The position numbers and the translations under genes are program-made. The notes under the pieces are model-generated. The model was not told where the DNA came from. It did no database searches and saw only the letters and a program-made list of their open reading frames with translations. A stretch of DNA of 64,000 bases from Eledone cirrhosa (Eukaryota). The stretch is from positions 7,378,001 through 7,442,000 of the forward strand of contig OZ024763.1 in assembly GCA_964016885.1 (NCBI GenBank), given 5' to 3'. This document shows positions 11,179-24,190 of this stretch, in pieces (positions within the stretch are counted from its first letter, which is position 1; each line of letters opens with the position of its first letter).

Positions 11179-11648
11179 GAGAAGATATGTATCATAAGAA
11201 AAGAGGAGACAAAAAAGTGTGGTTCAGTATACTAGACGCCAATAGCCGAAGCGAGGTGTGCTCAATGCTTAAGGTGCAGAGTTAAATATTAAAGAAGGGT
11301 TATTATTTAATGAATATATATGTGTACGTATATATGAAATCGCCCAGGTTGGGAAACCCAAGCTAAATAAAGATGGAGTTGAGAGATCAGTGTTTAAATA
11401 ATTATCCCTTCCCTACTTCCCCTTGTCTGTAGACTGTATTCTAAATATTATATAACAACCTTAATACTTAATAATATAGACATGAAAATATAAATGTTAA
11501 TACAGTATTCCAGAAATAAAATATAGATCTAATGGGAAGAGGCGACATTAAAGGTAAATGACACCTCTCATTTGCAATATTTTTATTGTATTGTTGTATC
11601 TAAGTATTATAGATGATTTAAATTTTATTTTGTATAAAAAGAAATATC

Positions 11649-11836
11649 ATTGTTTCTACTTTTGGCACAAGGCCAACAATTATCCCAGTGCATGACTGGT
11701 ACTTTATTTTATCGACCCCGTAAGGATAAAAGGTAAAGTTAACCTCAGCGGGATTTGAACTCAGAGCGTAAAGGGCCGTGACTATGCTGCAAAGCATGGT
11801 GTCCGACTCTCTACTGATACTGCCAATCTACTGCCC
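11649..11836 (-). mobile_element. tRNA-derived SINE, full length; duplicate at about 41902-42091
   Basis: Same family as 9875-10062, with B box gagttcaaatccc on the minus strand. Confidence 0.85.
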
Positions 11837-12059
11837 TTAAAATTGTATTATATTTCTTATAAAAAGAAATATAATACAATATTTACAGAACGAAAGCACA
11901 AACAAATATATAATATAATATAATATAATATAAAGGAAAGGGAAAGGAAAAACAAAAGAAAAAAACACACAGAAGCTAGATGTTTCGACAGCTAGATCCG
12001 AACTAATTTGTTTGCAACGTTTTTTTATATGAAATCGCATGTCGAAACAAATTATATTT

Positions 12060-12662
12060 GGGGAGGGTCATATTGTTATAACATTGCCAGAAATATATAA
12101 TAAAACAGTTTGGGTTGGGTTGGTTTTGGCTTCCGTATATTCTACATCCCTATAGTTAATTTAGCTGGCAATCAATGTTTATCATTGATTGACCAACTGT
12201 TTATATATATATATATTTATTTATAGTCTGAGTTCTTTCATCACACACTTGTGACATCATCAGTGATATTATTGTTTCTTCCCGTTGTATTGTAATGTTT
12301 ACTTATTCAATTGTTTATTCATTTGTCTCGATTTCCGAATGTGTTTCTATGCGCGTTTTCTGTTTGGTTTGTGTTCGTGTTTGTATTCTATCTTTGGTCA
12401 CTAGTGTGTATTTATATGGTTGTTGTTGTTCCATTCAAGTTTTCTGTTCTACTTCGGTTTTCTTGGTTCTATTTCAGTTGCTTCCCTAATTTGGGTTTTC
12501 TTAAAGGGTTAAGGTTTACTGATCAGGGATTTTATAGTAGATCCTGGCTTTTCTGCCACTTTAATCTTTCTTATGGCCTTTGATTGGTTGTTGTACATTA
12601 AAATACAACAGGAAGAAACAATAGGATCACTGATGTTACAGGTGTGTGACGAAAGAACTCTG

Positions 12663-12711
<49 letters not shown>

Positions 12712-12760
12712 GTGGGGGATATTATTATATTTCCAGAAATAATAAAACTCACTTTTATTT
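12060..12760. mobile_element. Penelope-like element with inverted pLTR-like arms carrying hammerhead motifs; longer duplicate at about 42310-43160
   Basis: 12227-12300 is the reverse complement of 12590-12665. In copy 2 the right arm continues (42927-43075 mirrors about 42310-42440). Confidence 0.6.
12227..12268 (-). ncRNA. Minimal type I hammerhead ribozyme-like motif; duplicate at 42463-42504
   Basis: atca-CTGATGA-t-gtcac-aagtgt-gtgat-GAAA-gaa-CTC; stem II gtcac/gtgat; stem I is damaged in this copy. Confidence 0.55.
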
Positions 12761-12765
12761 ATTTA

Positions 12766-12820
<55 letters not shown>

Positions 12821-12942
12821 ATATGTATTCCCCATTTCTCTTTTTCTATTTATCATCTATTTATTTTTGAAATAACTTTTTATAGTAATGGGCTAGAATG
12901 GTTTGACGTTGTACCTCTGTAGTTAGACGACTTAGATTTTCC

Positions 12943-13170
12943 ATGCATTATGGCATGAAGCGACTGAGAGTACAAGACTCCACCCTGGACAGGGCGCCAG
13001 TCCATCGCAGGGTTAAACCCCCATCTATTGTTGGTACTCATTTTCAGCTGAGTCTACTGGAGCAACGTGAAATGAAGTGTGTTGCTCAAGAACACAACAC
13101 AGAACCCAGGAATCGAACCCACGATGTTATGATTGTAAGTCCAAGACCCTTACCACTAGGCCACGTGCCT
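12943..13170 (-). mobile_element. tRNA-derived SINE of a second family (CORE/V-domain-like body); duplicate at 43341-43568
   Basis: Minus strand gtggcctagtggtaagg (A box), gggttcgattcc (B box), gtgttcttgagcaacacactt, ccctgcgatggactggcgccctgtccagggtgg. Confidence 0.85.
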
Positions 13171-13249
13171 CTCTCTCTCTCTACACACACACACACGTTA
13201 CCCTTCTACAACTCCACGCATACTGATATCCCCTCCTGTTCAAAAGCCC

Positions 13250-13495
13250 CCACACTATCTCCATGTTAGCCCCCCACACATACACTCTCGCCATGTTTGT
13301 CCCCCCACACACACACTTTCGCCATGTTTGTCCCCCCCACCACACTCTCGCCATGTTTGCACCCCACCACACTCTCGCCATGTTTACCCCCACCCCCCAC
13401 CGCTCTCTTCATGTTAGCCCCCCACATACACACACACCACACTCTTCATGTTAGCTCCCCACATACACACACACCACACTCTTCATGTTAGCCAT
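13250..13495. repeat. ~29-33-bp minisatellite (cacactctcgccatgtttgtccccc), about 8 units; duplicate at 43650-43855 is one unit shorter
   Basis: Direct tandem repeats visible in the sequence. Confidence 0.85.
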
Positions 13496-13620
13496 ATTAC
13501 CTCCACATTGTTGATGTTAACCCTATATTCTCTAAATTAACCCCCACACAAAAAATTACCCCCTACTCACACACACACCGTTCATATAACAAATATTGTT
13601 TTAATTTTGTAGTGACCCAG

Positions 13621-13798
13621 TCCCGTCCTGGCAACCTTACAGAAGAAGGGGACGTCATTGTTCTGGCTGACCACACCAATACCCACCCATTTGCCCTCTG
13701 TCAACATAAACGTAAATATTATCTCTGAGATTGGTCTGGCTGTCTACCATCTCCAGTTTAAACTGACCGGAGATGGTAAACAACACTGTATATCTATG
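13621..13798 (+). pseudogene. Candidate exon A of a broken multi-exon gene; duplicate at 43982-44159
   Basis: T-rich acceptor region ending cag; open frame PVLATLQKKGTSLFWLTT...LTGDGKQHCISM; donor G|GTAAGT, phase 0. Confidence 0.5.
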
Positions 13799-13860
13799 GT
13801 AAGTATTGTTGGTTTATATTAAGGCTGTGTATATGTGTTTGTGTGTGTGTTTGTGTGTAT

Positions 13861-14087
13861 TTAACACTTTAGCATTCACATTACTCTATATCTACTATCG
13901 TATTTTTACAGTAAAGACTTGATCTCCCATAATTATTCACATCGAATCTGAGATTTTGATGATGATATTATTTACTTTGAAAACAATATCTTAACATCAG
14001 TATGTGTGGCTAGTTACGGTCGGTTTGAACAGAAAGAGGTGAGAGAATTTTGGCCAGATATGGCCGGTTTAAATGTTAAAGGGTTAA
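13861..14087. mobile_element. MITE with TTAA ends (piggyBac/Kolobok-like target); duplicate at 44222-44448
   Basis: Terminal inverted repeats ttaacactttagcatt / aatgttaaagggttaa. Confidence 0.75.
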
Positions 14088-14236
14088 ACATGCGTATGTG
14101 TTCTCTCTCTCTCCGGGTCTCTGTCTCTCTCTCTGAAGAGATGGGCTCCACCAGGTTTATAAATGCCCAAGGCACACTCTACATCTCTATGGCGCCCCGA
14201 CTCCTCCAAGAATTGGGGTACACACACACATACACA

Positions 14237-14325
14237 TGTGCAAGTAGAAGGGAGAGAGAACGTGAGATGGGAGACACACATACATGTATGTGTCTCTCCC
14301 ATCTCAGGTTCTCTCTCTCTTCTAC

Positions 14326-14333
<8 letters not shown>
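14237..14333. repeat. ~96-bp spacerless palindrome; duplicate at about 44598-44694
   Basis: Centre taca|tgta at 14284/14285; arms aagtagaag-gagagagaac-tgagatgggaga mirror each other with few mismatches. Confidence 0.85.
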
Positions 14334-14356
<23 letters not shown>

Positions 14357-14452
14357 CTACAGTCAACACACACACAATCTACATTCTCCCTCCCTTCCTT
14401 CCCTCAGCTACAAAAACCTTCCACCACCACCACAAAAATTCAGCCACAAATA

Positions 14453-14531
14453 CAGGGTGACCCCCCAAAATCCATACACATATTTATTAGAATATTGTTG
14501 AAGCGTGTATACATTTTTGGGGGACACCCTG
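14453..14531. mobile_element. 79-bp Tc1/mariner-type MITE; duplicate at 44810-44888
   Basis: TA|cagggtgaccccccaaaa ... tttttgggggacaccctg|TA. Confidence 0.8.
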
Positions 14532-14607
14532 TATATGATACATAAACTAAATAAATAAAACTAATAAATTAACCTTCTGACCCCTGGTGGTATTTCTTTC
14601 TTAGTAG

Positions 14608-14750
14608 GAGGAAACAACTGGTCACTACCAAATAGAAATTTATGTGCCAGAGGGAAGGAGTGATGCTATTGATCAAACACAAGCCAGGAGTATCATCTGC
14701 CCCTCTCCTGTACTGAAGGAGTCTACCAGTGTTGATGGTTATACCAACAG
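14608..14750 (+). pseudogene. Candidate exon B; duplicate at 44965-45107
   Basis: Branch-like ttctgac, atttctttcttagtag acceptor, phase-0 open frame EETTGHYQIEIYVPEGRSD...IICPSPVLKESTSVDGYTN, donor CAG|GTTTGT, phase 2. Confidence 0.5.
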
Positions 14751-14810
14751 GTTTGTTATATCTATATAATCTATACATATTAGTATATTGGTCAAGTCGT
14801 ATATTTGATT

Positions 14811-14843
<33 letters not shown>

Positions 14844-14844
14844 T

Positions 14845-15303
14845 TTCATACGTCTGAGTTTTCCTGCTTGCAAGGGTGGGACGGGTCCTATTCAGCACAG
14901 CATCTCTCCATCGTCACTGTCCTTCGTCGTCATCTGTGAGTTTCAGCGATCTGAGGTCAGCTCTCACCACTCCTGCCCATGATTTTCGTGGTCTTCCTCT
15001 ACTGCATCTTCCTTCTACTGGGATTTCTTGGCACTTCTTTACCCAGCGGTCATCCTCCATGCGCATCACATGTCCATACCATCGCAGTCTTCTCTCCTGC
15101 ACACCACAACTTATCCCTCTTATACCCAGTTTCTTTTTCAACTCGACTATACTTGGTCGTTCACACACATTGACATTGCACATCCAACGGAGCATGCTTG
15201 ATTCATTTCTCTCCAGCCGTCTCATATCCTCCGCAGTTACTGCCCATCTCACACAGGCATCATATAACTGGATTTTCTTTCGTAGGGAGAAACCCTTTGT
15301 CAA
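14845..15303 (-). mobile_element. RTE-clade LINE 3' fragment (RT C-terminus)
   Basis: ORF 14914-15303: RRLERNESSMLRWMCNV, RRLRWYGHVMRM, GRCSRGRPRKSW are typical RTE motifs. Confidence 0.9.
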
Positions 15304-15310
15304 CAGAATG

Positions 15311-15495
15311 ATATAGAAATGACTTCTACAGGACTAGAACTTTCATTTCAAGGAAATCGGGGCTTTCCTAATGATTTCCTTCGAATGAAATATTCCTAGT
15401 CCTGTAGAAGCTATTTCTATATTATATTTTGTATATACTCTACTAATGTATTGAGTACTTTACCTACTGTGGTTTCCCCCTCGATTGAACCCGAG
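15311..15495 (+). mobile_element. Foldback hammerhead-like element (opposite orientation to 4791-4976); duplicate at about 45687-45871
   Basis: Hairpin 15311-15422; degenerate core cctaatga...gaaat...gtc; tail is the reverse complement of 4791-4880. Confidence 0.55.
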
Positions 15496-15561
15496 ACTCT
15501 CTCACACACACACACACATAATATATATATATATATATAGATATATATATATATATAAAAT

Positions 15562-15730
15562 CACAATTTAATGTCCATTTTTCTACGCTTGCATGGGTTA
15601 GACGAGTTGTCCTATTGTGGGCAATGCCAGGTCAGGTGACCATGTTTTGCTCATACAGAACTGATCTTGGCTTCGCTTTAACAGCTGGAAGCCTTTCCAA
15701 ACGCTAACCACATTTACAGTGAGTACTGTT
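15562..15730 (-). mobile_element. SINE 3' fragment with RTE-like tail; duplicate at about 45966-46133
   Basis: tttaatgtccatttttctacgcttgcatgggttagacg and gctggaagcctttccaaacgctaaccac resemble cephalopod SINE 3' regions as I recall them. Confidence 0.5.
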
Positions 15731-16069
15731 TATTTTGTATGTCGTGACCCCTACACCTTGGTCAAAATCAGTGACTCCTACACCTTGGTCGGAGCAGTGA
15801 TCTCTAGTTTTCTTTCAAACTATATTTTTTTATTTAAATTTAATTAAAAGAAATTTTATTAGATTTAGTTTCGGATAATTCTGTTTACATAAATAGCAAA
15901 TCTTTTGATAATTTATGTAAAGTAAATATTGTATATACTTGTATATATGTCGATAAATGTGACAAAATATTGATGGTAAAATAGGGAGGAGGACTTGTCT
16001 TCGAGGTCAATATTTTGATTTCACCAACTTAAAAATTATATGTAAATGAGGTGCTATAATATTTTCTCT

Positions 16070-17575
16070 TTGGAGATGAATGTTGCACCAGTTTCACTTT
16101 GGAGGTGAATATTACACCAGTTTCACTTTGGAATATTACACCAGTTTCACTTTGTAGGTGAATATTGCACCAGTTTCACTTTGGTGGTGGATATATTACA
16201 CCAGTTTCACTTTGGAATATTACACCAGTTTACACTTTGGAGGTGAATATTACACCAGTTTCACTTTAGAATATTACACCAGTTTCACTTTGGAATATTA
16301 CACCAGTTTCACTTTAGAATATTACACCAGTTTCACTTTGGAATATTACACCAGTTTCACTTTGGAATATTACACCAGTTTCATTTTGGAATATTACACC
16401 AGTTTCACTTTGGAATATTGCACCAGTTTCACTTTGGAGGTGGATATTACACCAGTTTCACTTTGCAGGTGAATATATTACACCAGTTTCACTTTGGTGG
16501 TGGATATATTACACCAGTTTCACTTTGGAGGTGAATATTTCACCAGTTTCACATTGGAATATTACACCAGTTTACACTTTGGAGGTGAATATTACACCAG
16601 TTTCACTTTGGAATATTACACCAGTTTCACTTTGGAATATTACACCAGTTTCACTTTGGAATATTACACCAGTTTACACTTTGGAGGTGAATATTACACC
16701 AGTTTACACTTTGGAGGTGAATATTACACCAGTTTCACTTTGGAATATTACACCAGTTTCACTTTGGAATATTACACCAGTTTCACTTTAGAATATTACA
16801 CCAGTTTCACTTTGGATATATTACACCAGTTTCACTTTGGATATATTACACCAGTTTCACTTTGGATATATTACACCAGTTTCACTTTGGATGTGGATAT
16901 ATTACACCAGTTTCACTTTGCAGGTGAATATATTATACCAGTTTCACTTTGCAGGTGAATATATTACACCAGTTTCAGTTTGGATGTGGATATATTACAC
17001 CAGTTTCACTTTGCAGGTGGATATATTACATCAGTTTACACTTTGGAGGTGAATATTACACCATTTTCACTTTGGAATATTACACCAGTTTACACTTTGG
17101 AGGTGAATATTACACCAGTTTCACTTTGGAATATTACACCAGTTTACACGTTGGAGGTGAATATTACACCATTTTACACTTTGGAGGTGAATATTACACC
17201 AGTTTCACTTTAGAATATTACACCAGTTTCACTTTGCAGGTGAATATATTACACCAGTTTCACTTTGGATGTGGAGATTACACCAGTTTCACTTTGCAGG
17301 TGAATATGTTACACCAGTTTCACTTTGGTGGTGGATATATTACACCAGTTTCACTTTGGAGGTGAATATTTCACCAGTTTCACTTTGGAATATTACACCA
17401 GTTTACACTTTGTAGGTGAATATATTACACCAGTTTCACTTTGGATGTGGATATATTACACCAGTTTCACTTTGGATGTGGATATATTACACCAGTTTCA
17501 CTTTGCAGGTGAATATATTACACCAGTTTCACTTTGGTGGTGGATATATTACACCAGTTTCAATTTGGAGGTGAA
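16070..17575. repeat. Minisatellite, 24-bp core gaatattacaccagtttcactttg with 25-31-bp variants (roughly 55 units)
   Basis: Tandem units with optional linkers gaggt, caggt, gatgtg, gtggtg; no unique spacers. Confidence 0.95.
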
Positions 17576-18139
17576 ATTTATATTTGCTATTATATTTGAT
17601 GATTTTAATGAATATGACCTTGAAATCAATCAGAAAATGGTAACTCATTACATAAAGAAGTGAAATAAAAACTATACTCTAAATGACACTTAAAACATTT
17701 TAAATATCAAAGTATTAAAACTTCATAAATATATTCTCCACTCATGAGAATTTCAAAACTGTCGTCTGTTGATTAGCCACCATGGCTTATAAATGGGGTT
17801 TGGATTCTGTCCTATGTCTCAATTATAAGCCGATCCCTTTTTTATTTGACTATATATAGTAATTAGGGCAAGTTAATTTAGGGTCTTTTAAAGATTGACT
17901 CCTTTTTACTCCAGTCCACTCATTAACACAGCACATTAAACACTCACACATACACACAATTACACCACACCCTCGTTACACACCACATACTCCACACATG
18001 TACTCACACACCATGTGCACACACCACGCGATACACATCACTCACCACACATTATGTTCTACACACAACACATCACACTCTACACACCTCACCACACACA
18101 TCACCTACACACCACACCACATATATCACCACACTACAC

Positions 18140-18292
18140 CGTCGGACGCCATGCTTTGACGCATAGAATTACGCCCCTTTCCATTCTGAGTTCAAATCCG
18201 GCCGAGGTTAACTGTCTTTCATCATTACGGGGTCGATAAAATAAATTACCAGTGGGTAATTGCTGGACTTGTGCCAAAAGTAGAAACAATTA
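18140..18292 (+). mobile_element. tRNA-derived SINE, 5'-truncated; duplicate at 48368-48520
   Basis: ttctgagttcaaatccggccgaggttaac...ggggtcgataaaataaattaccagt...gtagaaacaatt. Confidence 0.8.
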
Positions 18293-18427
18293 TATTAGTT
18301 TCTGTATATTTTCTATCTTGTGTAGTTATCATGTCGAGTCATTCCTATAATTGTAAAATCTAAAAGTACTGTCAAACTTTATTTGACATCACAAAAAAGT
18401 AAGTCTTACATGTTTTCCTATTTCTCA

Positions 18428-21400
18428 GCTCTCTCCATCCCTCTCTCTCTACATCCATCCCTACCCCCTCTCTCTCCATCCATCCCTCTCTCTACATACA
18501 TCCCTCTCCCTCTCTCTCCATCCATCCCTCTCTCTCTCTACATACATCCCTCTCCCTCTCTCTCCATCCCTCTCTCTCTACATACATCCCTCTCCCTCTC
18601 TCTCCATCCCTCTCTCTCCTTCCATGCCTCTCACTCTCTCCCTCTCTCTATCCATCCCTCTCTCTCCTTCCATGCCTCTCACTCTCTATATATATCTCTC
18701 TCCATCCATCTCTCCATCCATCCCCCTCTCTCTCCTACCCCACCTCTCTCTCCTACCCCCTCTCTCTCCATCTATCCCCCCTCTCTCCATTCCCTCTCCC
18801 CATCCCTCTCTCTCTCTCCATCCATCCCTCTTTCTCCATCCATCCCTCTTTCTCCATACATCCCTCTCCCTCTCTCTCCCATCCCTCTTTCTCCATTCAT
18901 CCCTCTCCCTCTCTCTCCATCCCTCTCTCTCCATACATCCCTCTCCCTCTNNNNNNNNNNNNNNNNNNNNNNNNNNNNNNNNNNNNNNNNNNNNNNNNNN
19001 NNNNNNNNNNNNNNNNNNNNNNNNNNNNNNNNNNNNNNNNNNNNNNNNNNNNNNNNNNNNNNNNNNNNNNNNNNNNNNNNNNNNNNNNNNNNNNNNNNNN
19101 NNNNNNNNNNNNNNNNNNNNNNNNNNNNNNNNNNNNNNNNNNNNNNNNNNCCTCTCTCTCTCTCTCCTTCCATCTCTCTCTCTCTCTCCTTCCATCCCTC
19201 CCTCTCTCTCTCTCTCTCCTCCTTCCATCCCTCTCTCTCTACATCCATCCTCTCTCTCTCTCTCTATCCATCCCTCTCTCTCTATCCATCCCTCTATCCA
19301 TCCCTCTCTCTCTATCCATCCTCCTCTCTCTCTCTCTCTCTCTCTATCCATCCCTCTCTCTCTATCCATCCCACTCTCTCTCTCTCTCTCTCTACACCAT
19401 CCTCTCCCTCTCTCCATCCATCTCTCTCTCCATCCATCCCTCTCCCTCTCTCCATCCCTCTCTCTCTCTACATCCATCCCTCTCTCTCTCTCTCTCTCTA
19501 TCCATCCCTCTCTCTCTATCCATCCTCTCTCTCTCTCTCTCTCTCTCTATCCATCCCTCTCTCTCTATCCATCTCTCTCTCTCTCTCTCTCTCTACCATC
19601 CCTCTCTCTCTATCCATCCCTCTCTCTCTCTCTCTCTACATCCATCCCTCTCCCTCTCTCCATCCATCTCTCTCTCTCCATCCATCCCTCTCCCTCTCTC
19701 CATCCATCTCTCTCTCTCCATCCATCCCTCTCTCTCCATCTATCCCTCTCTCTCTCTCCATCCCTCTCCCCATCCCTCTCTCTCTCTCCTTCCATTCCTC
19801 TCTATCCATCCATCCCTACTCCCTCCCTCTCTCTCTCTCTATCCATCCCTACTCCTCCCTCTCTCTCTCTCTATCCATCCCTCTCTCCTTCCATGCCTCT
19901 CACTCTCTATATATATCTCTCTCCATCCCCCTCTCTCTCTCCATCCCCTCTCTCTCTCTCCATCCCCCTCTCTCTCCTTCCATGCCACTCTCTCTAACCA
20001 TCCATTCCTATCCATCCATCCTTCTCTCTCTCTCTACATCTCTCTCTCCATTCATCCCTCTCCCTCTCTCCATCCATCCCTCTCTCTCCATCCATCCCTC
20101 TCTCCATCCATGCCTCTCTCTCTTCCATCCATCTCTCTCTCTATCCATCCATCCATCCATCCTCTCTCTCTCTCCTTCCATCTCCCTCTCTATCCATCCC
20201 TCTCTCTATCCATCCCTCTCTCTCTACATCCATCCCTCTATATATATATATATATCTCTCTCCATCCATCCCCCTCTCTCTCTCCTTCTATTCCTCTCTC
20301 TATCCATCCATCCCTACCCCCTCTCTCTCCCTCTCTCTCCATCCCTCTCCCTCTCTCTCCATCCCTCTCCCTCTCTCTCTCTCCATCCCCCTCTCTCTCT
20401 CTCCATCCCCTCTCTCTCCTTCCATCCCCTCTCTCCTTCCATTCCTCTCTCTATCCATCCATCCCTACTCCCTCTCTCTCTCTCTATACATCCCTCTCTC
20501 TCTCTCTATACATCCCTCTCTCTCTCCTTCCATACCTCTCTCTATACATCCCTCTCTCTCTCCTTCCATACCTCTCTCTCCTTCCATACCTCTCTCTATC
20601 CACCCCCCCCCCCCTCTCTCTCCTTCCATCCCCCCCTCTCGCTCTCCATCCATCCCTCTCCCGCTCTCCATCCATCCCTCTCCCGCTCTCCATCTCCCTC
20701 TCTCTCTATCCATCCCTCTCTCTCTCTCTACATCCGTCCCTCTCTCTATCCATCCCCCTCTCTCTCTCTCTACATCCATCCTTCTCTCTATCCATCCCTC
20801 TCTCTCCTTCCATGCCTCTCGCTCTCTATATATATCTCTCTCCATCCATCCCCCTCTCTCTCTCCATCCATCCCCCTCTCTCTCCTTCCATTCCTCTCTC
20901 TATCCATCCATCCCTACTCTCTCTCTCTCCATCCAAACCCTCTCTCTCTCTCTCCTTCCATCCCTTTCCCCTCTCTCTCTTCCTCCATCCCTCTCTCTCT
21001 CCTTCCATCCCTCTCTCTCTATACTTCATCCCTCTCTCTCTCTATACTTCCATCCCTCTCTCTCTCTATACATCTCTCTCTCTCCATCTCCCTCTCTCTA
21101 TCCATCCCTCTCTCTCCATCTCCCTCTCTCTATCCATCCCTCTCTCTCCCTCTCTACATCCATCCCTCTCTCCATCCATCTCTCTCTCTCTCTCTCCCTC
21201 TCTGGCTCTCTCTCTCCTTCCATTCCTCTCTCTATCCAGCCATCCCTACTCCCTCTCTCCATCCATCCCTCTCTCTCCATCCATCCCTCTCTCTCCATCC
21301 ATCCCTCTCTCCATCCATCCCTCTCTCTCCATCCATCCCTCTCCCTCTCTCCCCTTCCATCCCTCTCCCTCTCTCCCCTTCCATCCCTCTCCTTCCATCC

Positions 21401-23205
21401 CTCTCTCTCCATCCCTCTCTCCTTCCATGCCTCACACTCTATATATCTCTCTCCATCCATCCCTCTCTCCTTCCATGCCTCTCTCTCCATCCATCCCTCT
21501 CTCTCCATCCATCCCCCTCTCTCTATCCATCCATCCCTACTCCCTCTCTCTCTCTATCCATCCATCCCTACTCCCTCTCTCCATCCACCCCTCTCTCTCT
21601 CCTTCCATCCGTTTCCCCCCTCTCTCTCTCTCTACATCCATCCCTCTCTCTATCCATCCCTCTCTCTCCTTCCATGCCTCTCACTCTCTATATATATATC
21701 TCTCTCTCTCCATCCATCCCCCTCTCTCTCTCTCTCTCCATCCATCCCCCTCTCTCTCTCTCTCTCCATCCATCCCCCTCTCTCTCTCTCCCTCCATTCC
21801 TCTCTCTATCCATCCATCCCTACTCCCTCTCTCTCCTTCCATCCCTTTCCCCCCTCTCTCTTCCTCTCTCTCTTCCCTTCCATCTCTCTCTCTCCTTCCA
21901 TCCATCTCCTTCTCTCTCTCCATCCATCTCTCTCCATCCCTCTCCCTCTCTCTCTCCTTCCATTTCTCTCCCTCTCCTTCCATTTCTCTCCCTCTCCTTC
22001 CATTTCTCTCTCTCTCCTTCCATTCCTCTCTCTCTATCCATCCATCCCCCCTCTCTCTCTCTCTCTCTCTATACATCTCTCTCTCTCTCCATCCATTCCT
22101 CTCTCTATCCATCCCTCTCTCTCTACTTCCATGCCTCTCACTCTCTATATATATCTCTCTCCATCCATCCCCCTCACTCTCTATATATATCTCTCTCCAT
22201 CCATCCCCCTCTCTCTCCTTCCATTCCCCTCTCTCTCTCTCCTTCCATTCCTCTCTCTATCCATCCATCCCTACTCCCTCTCTCTCCATCCATCTCTCTC
22301 TCTCCTTCCATCCCTTTCCCCCTCTCTCTCTTCCTCTCCTTCCATCCCTCTCTCTCTCCTTCCATCCCTCTCTCTATATATACATCCCCCTCTCCATCCA
22401 TCTCTCTCCTTCCATGCCTCTCCTTCCATGCCTCTCTCTATATATACATCCCTCTCTCCTTCCATGCCTCTCTCTCTCTCCATCCATCCCTCTCCCTCTC
22501 TCTCTCTCCTTCCATTCCTCTCTCTCTCCATCCATCCCCCTCCCCCTCTCTCTCCATCCATCCCTCTCCCTCTCTCTCTCCTTCCATTCCTCTCTCTATC
22601 CATCCATCCCCCTCCCCCCCTCTCTCTCTCCATCCATCCCTACTCCCTCTCTATCCATCCATGCCTCTCTCTCTCTCCATCCATCCCCCTCTCTCTCCAT
22701 CCCCCTCTCTCTCTCTCCTTCCATCCCTCCCTCTCTCTCCTTCCATCCCTCCCTCTCTCTCCTTCCATTCCTCTCCCTCTCTCTCCTTCCATTCCTCTCT
22801 CTATCCATCCATCCCCCTCTCTCTCTCTCTATCCATCCCCCTCTCTCTCTCTCTATCCATCCCCCTCTCTCTCTCTCTATCCATCCCTCTCTCTATCCAT
22901 CCCTCTCTCTCCTTCCATCCCTCCCTCTCTCTCCTTCCATTCCTCTCCCTCTCTCTCCTTCCATTCCTCTCTCTATCCATCCATCCCCCTCTCTCTCTCT
23001 CTATCCATCCCCCTCTCTCTCTCTCTATCCATCCCTCTCTCTATCCATCCCTCTCTCTCCTTCCATGCCTCTCACTCTCTATATATATCTCTCTCCATCC
23101 ATCCCTCTCTCTCTCCTTCCATCCCTTTCCCCCCTCTCTCTCTTCCTCTCCATCCATCCCTCTCTCCTTCCATCCCTCTCTCTCTCTCCATCCCTCTCCT
23201 CCCCT
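18428..23205. repeat. Complex polypyrimidine satellite ((CT)n / CCAT / CCTT)
   Basis: About 4.8 kb almost without G on the plus strand; source of the spurious long Ser/Leu/Pro and Glu/Arg/Gly ORFs. Confidence 0.97.
18951..19150. other. Assembly gap (200 N)
   Basis: Run of N. Confidence 1.
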
Positions 23206-23254
23206 CGCCGTCATATATATATATATACTTTTTTCCTATTACCTACTCTACTAG

Positions 23255-24189
<935 letters not shown>

Positions 24190-24190
<1 letters not shown>

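Noticed and set aside
11976-12056. Possible hammerhead (aatttgtttg ... GAAAtcgcatGTC gaaacaaatt)
   Set aside because: Stem I and GTC are present but the CTGANGA core is missing; at best a dead remnant.
12295-12875. Short hydrophobic ORFs (here and many similar YIYI/CVCV ORFs)
   Set aside because: They arise from T-rich repeat interiors and (TA)n/(TG)n microsatellites, with no recognisable domains.
14569-14778. Minus-strand 69-aa ORF present in both blocks
   Set aside because: Antisense shadow of candidate plus-strand exon B, which has better splice signals; identity between recent duplicates is not evidence of coding.
16070-17575. CRISPR-like repeat array, or an EYYTSFTL repeat protein
   Set aside because: Linkers are only a few nucleotides and are reused, there are no unique spacers and no cas genes, and the context is eukaryotic. 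Unit lengths shift the frame repeatedly.
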